From Minisyncoccia bacterium (GTDB lineage: Bacteria; Patescibacteriota; Minisyncoccia; Phycocordibacterales; Phycocordibacteraceae): a stretch of DNA of 50,934 nucleotides. The stretch lies in NCBI GenBank assembly GCA_050011835.1, contig JBEKII010000005.1, forward strand, positions 1-50,934. The letters are read 5' to 3'. Under the pieces are notes generated by a model, which saw nothing but the letters and a program-made list of their open reading frames with translations, was not told where the DNA came from and made no database searches. How positions within the stretch are numbered: the stretch's first letter is position 1; each line of letters starts with the position of its first letter. Shown piece after piece: positions 44,170 through 50,934 of this stretch. The position numbers were made by a program, and so were the translations under genes.

Positions 44170-44781
44170 ATGGGCGCGTACAATGCGCGTATGGAAAATA
44201 TCTGGAAGGGTCTCCTGAAAGATCTTTTCACGCTTGCGTTGCTTATTGTCGTCGTGGTCATACCCATCCGCGTTTTTGTTATTTCTCCGTTCGTCGTTGA
44301 TGGCGAATCAATGCACCCGACGTTTGAAAATTTGGATTATCTTGTCGTTGACGAGCTTATCTACGATTTCAGTACGCCGGCACGCGGCGATGTCATCGTC
44401 TTCCGCTATCCGGACAATCCTTCCATCTTCTACATCAAACGTATTATCGGTCTCCCCGGAGAAACCGTCTCCATTAATCATGGCATTGTTACCATCACGA
44501 CGGTCGCTGGACAAAATATCACGCTTAATGAGCCGTATATCGTGAATGAAGACGCCACGTATACCAAGAATGTTTCTCTCAATCCGGGGGAATATTTCGT
44601 TATGGGCGATAACCGCCCGAACAGTTCCGATTCGCGCGTGTGGGGTCCTTTGCCCAAACAAGATATCATCGGACGTGTTGACCTGCGGCTTCTACCAATC
44701 TCGCGCATCGGCTTCCTGCCCGGAAAAACGACTTATTCGCCAGTCACAACATCAAGCTCAACAGCACCTGCAGTACTATGA
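44170..44781 (+). CDS. lepB: Signal peptidase I
   Basis: Catalytic Ser box GESMHPTF, the Lys box region and GDNRPNSSDSR. The start may be ATG 44191. Confidence 0.85.
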   Translation: MGAYNARMENIWKGLLKDLFTLALLIVVVVIPIRVFVISPFVVDGESMHPTFENLDYLVVDELIYDFSTPARGDVIVFRYPDNPSIFYIKRIIGLPGETVSINHGIVTITTVAGQNITLNEPYIVNEDATYTKNVSLNPGEYFVMGDNRPNSSDSRVWGPLPKQDIIGRVDLRLLPISRIGFLPGKTTYSPVTTSSSTAPAVL

Positions 44782-45938
44782 TGCGTGAAATCATTCCGGC
44801 TGAGGAACTTTTTTCTAAGTCGCACGCCATCGGTCAGTATTACGGCTTCACTCCGCTCGTCGTGCTTGCCGCTAAAACACGTGGCGCGCCACGCGCGTCC
44901 ACCGGAGACGGAAAAGTAGGCGACCCGATTATCCTCGCTAATCTCGCACTTGATCCCATCGCCGAAACAGTTATGAATTTCTTGAAACAGTGCCGAAACA
45001 ATGGGTGTGCGCCAACGCCGCGACAACCACTCTTTATTTGGCACACGAATATATCGCCGGGCCGTCCGGCGCAGAAAAAAACCATTTTACAATTTCATGC
45101 GCTCGGCACTGACCGCGCAATCGCGGATGCCGTCGTTATTCGCGCGCTTCTCGCGCTTTCCCGCGATCTCTTCCGTGAGGAATCCGCCGTTCGTATCAAT
45201 TCCATGGGCGATAAAGAAACCCGCGCGCGCTACGCTCGCGAGCTGGGCGTATTTTTCAAAAAACACGCGAGCATGCTTCCCGAAGAATGCGTTATCTGCG
45301 CCAAACGCGATGTGTTTGAAGCGGCAGAGCTCGCGCTCGCGCGCGGATTAGGAGATGACCTTCCCTCGCCCACCGACCATCTCTCGGACGCGAGCCGCAA
45401 ACGATTTGAAGACCTGCTTGAATATCTTGAACTGACCGAGACACCCTACGAACTCGCACGGCATCTCATCAGCCGCGGCATGGTCTGGAGCGATATTTGC
45501 TTTGAGTTCGTGGTGGGCGGACGGCGTGTCGCCTGGGGCTCGCGCTATAGCGACCTCACGCGCCATTTTTTCCCGGACGCGCCCTTTAGCGCGACCGGCG
45601 CGGTGTTCCAGATAGCAAGCGAGGGGAAAACGGTAAAGAATTCCAGACCTATGCGATTGCTTTTCTCCTTCGTTCACATCGGCGACGAAGCGAAGCGGCT
45701 CTCTATCCGCCTCGCCGAGGATTTTCGGAAGGCGCGCATTCCTTTGGCGCAAAATATCGGCATAGAATCGCTTACCGAGCAACTCTATCTCGCCGAGCGA
45801 CGCAACAGCCCTTATCTCCTCATCATGGGGCGCAAGGAAGCGCTTGAAAACACTGCCATCCTGCGCAACCGCCAGACGCAAGAAGAAACCATCCTTCCGC
45901 TTGACGGCATTGTTGAACGATTGAAATCATTTGCTTGA
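44778..45938 (+). CDS. Histidyl-tRNA synthetase-like protein with degenerate catalytic motifs
   Basis: It is collinear with HisRS, including the C-terminal anticodon-binding-like domain. Motif 2, GGRYD and motif 3 are altered; see findings. Confidence 0.7.
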   Translation: MMREIIPAEELFSKSHAIGQYYGFTPLVVLAAKTRGAPRASTGDGKVGDPIILANLALDPIAETVMNFLKQCRNNGCAPTPRQPLFIWHTNISPGRPAQKKTILQFHALGTDRAIADAVVIRALLALSRDLFREESAVRINSMGDKETRARYARELGVFFKKHASMLPEECVICAKRDVFEAAELALARGLGDDLPSPTDHLSDASRKRFEDLLEYLELTETPYELARHLISRGMVWSDICFEFVVGGRRVAWGSRYSDLTRHFFPDAPFSATGAVFQIASEGKTVKNSRPMRLLFSFVHIGDEAKRLSIRLAEDFRKARIPLAQNIGIESLTEQLYLAERRNSPYLLIMGRKEALENTAILRNRQTQEETILPLDGIVERLKSFA

Positions 45939-46023
45939 AGGGCTTGACGAGGCAAGGTTTTCTGCTATTCTGCCTGCAGATATTTTTGTACACAATTCAA
46001 ATTCAGCCAGATTGGAGGTGTCT

Positions 46024-46584
46024 ATGCCGCGAGTCAAAAGGTCAATATGGCAAGAGATTGGAATGCTAAAGTCCGCTTTGATGCAAAAAGGTTGGGAAGT
46101 TGAATACCCAGATCCGACCAGTATTCTCGACTTCCAAATTAAAGAGACGGTTCTGACTCTAGAGCTTCAATGCAAAGTTATTGAAGCAAAAATCAGAAGA
46201 GTCTGTCTGGAGGGACAGCTCGGTATACCGTGCCTCGAACCAAGGAGATTCATGGTTTCTTTCTACTCCCATCTCCCAAGAAAATTGGTTTTTGTACGGA
46301 GCAAGGATGCTCCGCCGGGGTGGCCTATGAAGGAAAGTCCGCATCCTTACGGATTTTCTGAACACGCCCGTCGGTATGGGAACGGCGAGAATCTCCTAAG
46401 GGCTCAGGGTGTCGCCCAGCCTCGGGTTCTTCAGGCCGGGGACATGCTCGCAACAGGAGAATATATACTCTCTCCTCCGCGACAGGGGTGCAGCGGCTCA
46501 GTTCTCATCCACTTAACCGGAGGAGTCAAGGGTCTCTGGATTGAAGTGGCATCCCGACTCCCGATTGCTTTGTTCACTCCCTAA
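46024..46584 (+). CDS. Hypothetical protein
   Basis: ORF 45931..46584 trimmed to MPRVKRSIW at 46024, preceded by SD GGAGG. No family recognised. Confidence 0.5.
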   Translation: MPRVKRSIWQEIGMLKSALMQKGWEVEYPDPTSILDFQIKETVLTLELQCKVIEAKIRRVCLEGQLGIPCLEPRRFMVSFYSHLPRKLVFVRSKDAPPGWPMKESPHPYGFSEHARRYGNGENLLRAQGVAQPRVLQAGDMLATGEYILSPPRQGCSGSVLIHLTGGVKGLWIEVASRLPIALFTP

Positions 46585-46612
46585 AAGAATGGAAAAGGAA
46601 TCCCCTTTCCAC

Positions 46613-46642
46613 GAAAGCCCGCTTCTCGGGCTTTTCGTTTTT
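46613..46642 (+). terminator. Rho-independent terminator
   Basis: GAAAGCCCG / CGGGCTTTC 9-bp stem with a 5-nt loop, then GTTTTTATT. Confidence 0.65.
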
Positions 46643-46669
46643 ATTATGATGTGGTACAGTCGTCACATC

Positions 46670-46942
46670 ATGTCAGCCGGAGCACGGGTTGAGGTTCAAG
46701 TCGGGAAGAACGAAAGTTCTGCCGCGCTTATTCGTCGTTTCACCCGCCGCGCGCAAGGACTCGGTCTCGTACGCGAGATGCGCGACCGCCGCTATTGGCA
46801 CCGCGCGACATCCAAAAACGTTGGTCATAAACGCGCGCTCATTAATAAGGTACGCCGCGAGAATTACAACGAACTCGTAAAACTCGGCAAAATAGATCCG
46901 GCCGCCCGCAAAAATACGCGAGGTAAGGGCGGCAAGCGCTAG
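46670..46942 (+). CDS. rpsU: 30S ribosomal protein S21
   Basis: ORF trimmed to MSAGARVEVQV at 46670. It has the S21 pattern ESSAALIRRFTRR...REMRDRRYWHR and a basic tail. Confidence 0.8.
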   Translation: MSAGARVEVQVGKNESSAALIRRFTRRAQGLGLVREMRDRRYWHRATSKNVGHKRALINKVRRENYNELVKLGKIDPAARKNTRGKGGKR

Positions 46943-46946
46943 GCAG

Positions 46947-47402
46947 ATGGCAGGCGTTTCAGTCAAGAATTTCACCCGCCAACATCTGAAAGTTTTGGCG
47001 GGCTTGCCGTTTGCAAAGGTAGCCGAGGAAATATTGCCGGGCTGGGATATTTCTCTCGTGTTCGTCGGGCCAAAAAAAGCGCGCGAACTCAACGAAAGGT
47101 TGCGCGGCAAAATATACACGCCAAACGTCCTTTCTTATGCGCTTAGCGAGAAAAGCGGTGAAATTTTTATTTGCCCTCGGGAAGCCGAAAAGCAAGCTTC
47201 ATTACACCAGATAGGAAAACAAACGTTTATTCTTTCTTTGTTTATCCACGGTTTATTACATCTGAAAGGGAGGGTACATGGTGTTACGATGGAGAAATGC
47301 GAGCGGAAACTCCTCACACACTATGGCACGGCGCATAGCAACTGGCATCGACATCGGCACGTACCAAATAAAGATGGTCGTCGTCGAAGAGACCACAGAT
47401 AA
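46947..47402 (+). CDS. ybeY: Endoribonuclease YbeY (rRNA maturation)
   Basis: Metal-binding motif IHGLLHLKGRVH. The 3' end overlaps ftsA by about 80 nt, so the true C-terminus is uncertain. Confidence 0.75.
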   Translation: MAGVSVKNFTRQHLKVLAGLPFAKVAEEILPGWDISLVFVGPKKARELNERLRGKIYTPNVLSYALSEKSGEIFICPREAEKQASLHQIGKQTFILSLFIHGLLHLKGRVHGVTMEKCERKLLTHYGTAHSNWHRHRHVPNKDGRRRRDHR

Positions 47403-48483
47403 ACGCAGGGGCGCGCGGCAATTACGCATTCTCGGGACGGGCTTGGCCGAATCAAAGGGCTTGCGGCACGGTTACATTGTCAACAAAGAGGAGGTGTCTC
47501 TTTGCATCCTTAAAGCGAAACAGCAAGCGGAGGCGTTCGCGCGCGTGCCAATACGCGCCGGATTCCTCGCTATCGGCGGCATCTCGCTTGACGAGGCGCG
47601 CGCGACCGGCTCTGCCATCATCTCGCGCGCCGACCAAGAAATAACCGTGCTTGACCTTGAGAAAGCGGGAAAGGCGGCGCGTGAGGCGGCGGCGCCCGGT
47701 TTCCTCAATCGGCACGTCCTGCACAGCATTCCGCTTGAGTATCGCGTTGACGGTGCGAAAGTACTCGGCGATCCGCTCGGCATGAAAGGCGTTCGGATTG
47801 AAGTTGATTACCTTTTCGTCACGTGCCTCGCCCAACACGAAGACGCGCTCGCGAAAGCGGTTGAAGATGCAGACATTGAAATTATCGACCAGATGGCTTC
47901 CCCGCTCGCGGGCTCGTATGTGCTCCTCGAGGGCGACCAAAAGATGAAGGGATGCGTACTCGCGAATATCGGCGCAGAGACCGTCTCCATTGTCGTTTAC
48001 GATGAAGGTATTCCCGTGTCCGTGAAAGTGTTTCCTATGGGCTCAAGCCATATCACGGACGACATCGCGCTCGGATTTCGCATCTCGCTTGATGAAGCAG
48101 AACGCGTGAAGCTTGGGCGTTTGTCGGGAGTAATGTACCCGCGCAAAAAAGTTGACGACCTCATCGCAAGCCGTTTGACGACGATGTTCACGCTCATTGA
48201 TAAACATTTGAAATCGCTCGATCGCCGCGGCCCCTTACCGGCGGGCATTATCATTTCGGGCGGTGGTGCCGGCATCGGCTCTATCAACGATATCGCAAGG
48301 GGCTCATTGAAGTTGCCCGCGCGTCTCGCGGAGTTCCGTCTCTCCGCCGATACGAAGATTCGCGATGCGACATGGGCGGTTGCCTATGGTCTCGCGCTCT
48401 GGGGACTTACAGGCGACATGAATGTGCCCAAAAAAAGCATCGGCACTTCTTTTAGAAAATTTTTCCGCCAATTCTTACCCTAA
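47323..48483 (+). CDS. ftsA: Cell division protein FtsA
   Basis: Actin-fold phosphate-1 motif GIDIGTYQIK. It lies immediately upstream of ftsZ. The start was chosen at ATG 47323 within tracked ORF 47278..48483. Confidence 0.85.
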   Translation: MARRIATGIDIGTYQIKMVVVEETTDKRRGARQLRILGTGLAESKGLRHGYIVNKEEVSLCILKAKQQAEAFARVPIRAGFLAIGGISLDEARATGSAIISRADQEITVLDLEKAGKAAREAAAPGFLNRHVLHSIPLEYRVDGAKVLGDPLGMKGVRIEVDYLFVTCLAQHEDALAKAVEDADIEIIDQMASPLAGSYVLLEGDQKMKGCVLANIGAETVSIVVYDEGIPVSVKVFPMGSSHITDDIALGFRISLDEAERVKLGRLSGVMYPRKKVDDLIASRLTTMFTLIDKHLKSLDRRGPLPAGIIISGGGAGIGSINDIARGSLKLPARLAEFRLSADTKIRDATWAVAYGLALWGLTGDMNVPKKSIGTSFRKFFRQFLP

Positions 48484-48556
48484 ACAATAAGTTGTATTTG
48501 ATTATTGTCAATATTTGCATATTGCCCGCGTCTGCTATTATGGGCGGCAACCTGAT

Positions 48557-49807
48557 ATGTCCAAACGTGTTGAGCCTGAGATTGAAACGTTCGCACGAAT
48601 CCGTGTTGTTGGCGTTGGCGGTTCGGGCAAGAACGCAATCAATCACATGATTGAGTCAAAGGTTCGCGGCGTTGAATTCATCGCGGTCAACGCTGATGCG
48701 CAAGACCTTCATCGTGCGCTCTCTAAGCGCAAAATTCACATCGGAAAAAATCTCACGCGCGGACTCGGTACGGGGATGAACCCGGACCTTGGTAAACGCG
48801 CCGCCGAAGAGACGCGGCAAGAAATTCAAGAAGCGCTTTCTGGGAGCGATATGGTGTTTATCACCTGCGGCTTGGGCGGCGGCACGGGCACGGGCGCATC
48901 CGCTATCATTGCAAAAATAGCAAAAGAAGTTGGTGCGCTCGTCATCGCCGTCGTAACGAAGCCGTTTTCTTTTGAGGGGGCACAACGCAGAGATATCGCC
49001 GAGCGCGGTCTTGTTGAACTAAAGAAAGAAGTTGACGCATACATTGTTATCCCAAACGACAAGTTGCTCGCTATTGTAGATAAGGACACATCAGCGAAAA
49101 GCGCTTTTGCGATGTGCGACGAGATTCTGCGCCAAGCGGTTGAGGGCGTCTCTGATATCATCACCACGCCGGGCGATATCAATACCGATTTTAACGATAT
49201 TAAAGCGATTATGGAGGGCGCCGGCCCTGCGCTCATGGGCATTGGCATCGCCGAGGGCGATGACCGCGCCCGGGCGGCCGCTCATCAAGCAGTCAATTCC
49301 CCGCTCCTTGACGTCTCCATCAGTGGAGCCAAGGGTATTCTCTTCGTGGTCGCCGGCTCTAACGACCTCGGTATTATGGAAGTGCAGGAAGCCGCGAAGG
49401 TCATCAGCGAATCCATTGATAAAAATGCTAAGGTTATCTTCGGCATCATGCACGACGAAAAACTCAAGAAAGACCAGATTCGCATTATCGTCATCGCGAC
49501 CGGCTTCCCTGAAAGCGCTCTGCATGCGTCGCACTCCGCCCTTGAACGCTCGCTTTTTTCATTGCCCGCGGAACGACACGAGGAAGAACGCAATCGCATC
49601 TATCATGAGATTTTGAAGCGAGATGAGAAGAAAGAGGAAGAGAAACCGAGTGATGCATCGAAAAAAGGTGATGTGCCTGGTGCGCCTATTTTAGACGAGC
49701 CCATCGTGACTGCCCTGCCCCACCAACGCGAAGATGTTCCTCCGGCTCCAGAAGATGACGAAACCTGGGGTGCGATCCCAGCATTCTTGCGCAGACACAA
49801 GAAATAA
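48557..49807 (+). CDS. ftsZ: Cell division protein FtsZ
   Basis: Tubulin signature GGGTGTGA and N-terminal VVGVGGSGKNAINHM. The start was chosen at MSKRVEPE (48557). Confidence 0.95.
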   Translation: MSKRVEPEIETFARIRVVGVGGSGKNAINHMIESKVRGVEFIAVNADAQDLHRALSKRKIHIGKNLTRGLGTGMNPDLGKRAAEETRQEIQEALSGSDMVFITCGLGGGTGTGASAIIAKIAKEVGALVIAVVTKPFSFEGAQRRDIAERGLVELKKEVDAYIVIPNDKLLAIVDKDTSAKSAFAMCDEILRQAVEGVSDIITTPGDINTDFNDIKAIMEGAGPALMGIGIAEGDDRARAAAHQAVNSPLLDVSISGAKGILFVVAGSNDLGIMEVQEAAKVISESIDKNAKVIFGIMHDEKLKKDQIRIIVIATGFPESALHASHSALERSLFSLPAERHEEERNRIYHEILKRDEKKEEEKPSDASKKGDVPGAPILDEPIVTALPHQREDVPPAPEDDETWGAIPAFLRRHKK

Positions 49808-49826
49808 TTTGAGATAGAATAGGGCG

Positions 49827-50753
49827 ATGTACGACCTTATTATCATCGGCGGTGGGCCGGCCGGTGTCGCCGCGGGAGTTTATGCAGCGCGCAAACGCTT
49901 GAAAACCATTTTTATCGCTGAAGAAATCGGTGGGCAATCGGTTGTTTCAGAAAGCATAGAAAATTGGATTGGCACGCCGAAGGTGAACGGCTCTGACCTC
50001 GCGAAATTATTTCGTGCGCACCTTGACGCTATTAAGGACGACACCCTAACGCTCGCGCTTGGCGAGCAAGTCATGTCACTTAAGCAACCGGGAGAAAAAA
50101 AGTTTTCAGTAAAAACGAAAGCTGGTAAAGAATTTACTGCGAAGGCGATTCTCATCGCTTCAGGTGCACGCCGACGGCGACTCAACATTCCCGGCGCCGA
50201 TACATTTGAAAATAAAGGTGTGACTTACTGCGCCTCCTGCGATGGTCTCCTATTCGCTGGGATGGATGTCGCGGTTGTCGGCGGAGGCAATGCCGGCTTT
50301 GAAACGGCGTTACAACTTCTCGCATACGCGAAGTCAGTCACACTCATTCATCGGCATCAGGAGTTTAAGGCCGACCCGACGACGGTTGAAAAGGTTCTTG
50401 CGTATCCGAATATGCGTGCCATCCAAAACGCCGAACCGACTGAAATTCTGGGCGAAAAATTTGTGACTGGTTTGAAATATAAAGACAAGAATTCTGAAGA
50501 GATAAAAAAACTTTCCGTCTCCGGCATTTTTGTTGAAGCGGGTGTCATACCTAACACCGATTTTGCTGAAGAATTGGTTGAGTGTGACGTGGTAAAACGC
50601 ATAAAAATAAATTCGCGCAACCAGCGCACGAGCGTTGAAGGCATCTGGGCTGCCGGCGACTGCACCGATGAGCTTTATCACCAGAACAACATCGCTGCCG
50701 GCGACGGCGCCAAGGCGCTGGAAGATATTTATCTGTGGGTCAAAATGCAATAG
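49827..50753 (+). CDS. trxB: Thioredoxin-disulfide reductase
   Basis: FAD motif GGGPAG, redox-active CASCDG, NADPH motif GGGNAG and C-terminal AAGDC. Confidence 0.9.
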   Translation: MYDLIIIGGGPAGVAAGVYAARKRLKTIFIAEEIGGQSVVSESIENWIGTPKVNGSDLAKLFRAHLDAIKDDTLTLALGEQVMSLKQPGEKKFSVKTKAGKEFTAKAILIASGARRRRLNIPGADTFENKGVTYCASCDGLLFAGMDVAVVGGGNAGFETALQLLAYAKSVTLIHRHQEFKADPTTVEKVLAYPNMRAIQNAEPTEILGEKFVTGLKYKDKNSEEIKKLSVSGIFVEAGVIPNTDFAEELVECDVVKRIKINSRNQRTSVEGIWAAGDCTDELYHQNNIAAGDGAKALEDIYLWVKMQ

Positions 50754-50769
50754 AAGTGTTCATTAAACA

Positions 50770-50798
50770 TTGACTTTTTGTAAGCATAGGTGTATAGT
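50770..50798 (+). promoter_or_regulatory. Sigma-70-like promoter (TTGACT-N17-TATAGT)
   Basis: Near-consensus hexamers with 17-nt spacing, 17 nt after the trxB stop. Confidence 0.5.
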
Positions 50799-50850
50799 AC
50801 TTTTGGATTCGTTGTGGCACCCCAACCCCTCAATTTGAACGACCATTTCT

Positions 50851-50877
50851 CGCGCCCCTCTGGGCGCGTTTTAGTTT
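50851..50877 (+). terminator. Rho-independent terminator
   Basis: CGCGCCC / GGGCGCG 7-bp GC stem with loop CTCT, then TTTTAGTTT. Confidence 0.65.
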
Positions 50878-50934
50878 CTCCCGTTCGTATGCTTCGTTCG
50901 GCGCAAATGACCCAAGACAATCCATGAAGCGGCG

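Noticed and set aside
50805-50850. Possibility that the short leader after trxB is a preQ1-I-type mini riboswitch, given its small size, C-rich segment and following terminator.
   Set aside because: It lacks the A-rich 3' tail (AAAAAACUA-like) and the P1 hairpin arrangement that I remember for preQ1-I. It is kept only as a generic sRNA/attenuator candidate.
1-50934. Scanned for CRISPR arrays, rRNA genes, RNase P/tmRNA/SRP RNA signatures, reverse transcriptases (retron/DGR) and toxin-antitoxin-like small gene pairs.
   Set aside because: I could find no regularly spaced direct repeats, no GAGGAAAGUCC-type RNase P core, no tmRNA or SRP hallmark motifs, no RT motifs (YxDD) and no convincing TA pairs. 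Absence by eye is not proof, and a covariance-model scan would be needed.

Overview
This 50.9-kb window looks like part of a small, streamlined bacterial genome. Gene content suggests a CPR/Patescibacteria (Parcubacteria-like) organism; that placement is inference only. About 80% is tightly packed core genes: a P-type ATPase, an ABC-2 transporter, pyrG-ftsX-ftsE-prfB, an MsbA-like ABC exporter, a glycerate kinase-ppsA-eno block, infB-rbfA, gyrA, rpsA, greA-pth, lepB, rpsU-ybeY-ftsA-ftsZ and trxB. There are nine tRNA genes and one orphan tRNA fragment. Three regions are unusual. (1) 30.4-36.5 kb holds a very tight minus-strand operon. A methyltransferase and an orphan solute-binding-like protein are followed by six tandem VirB2/TrbC-like two-helix 'pilin' paralogs. 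Two of these carry long repeated cysteine-rich extensions, and no secretion machinery is present in the window. A split coiled-coil gene and a large FN3-bearing surface protein lie next to it. This is my best candidate for an uncharacterised system. (2) 11.04-11.30 kb holds a tRNA-Thr(GGU) gene interrupted in the anticodon loop by a 193-nt ORF-less insert that satisfies the group I intron boundary rules. (3) 13.1-16.6 kb is a mosaic accessory patch. It contains 63-bp direct repeats, a frameshifted IS1595-type transposase, an orphan PRAI-like gene, an inverted tRNA-Asp 3' half, a LAGLIDADG-like ORF that runs into a tRNA, and a tRNA-Asp with a non-canonical T-loop. Smaller oddities are a short RF2 with no frameshift site, a catalytically degenerate HisRS-like gene, an in-frame TAG, a frame-disrupted zinc-finger gene and two ORF-poor promoter-to-terminator units. 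No CRISPR array, rRNA, reverse transcriptase or recognisable defence genes were seen. All family calls rest on motifs read by eye; no database search was run.
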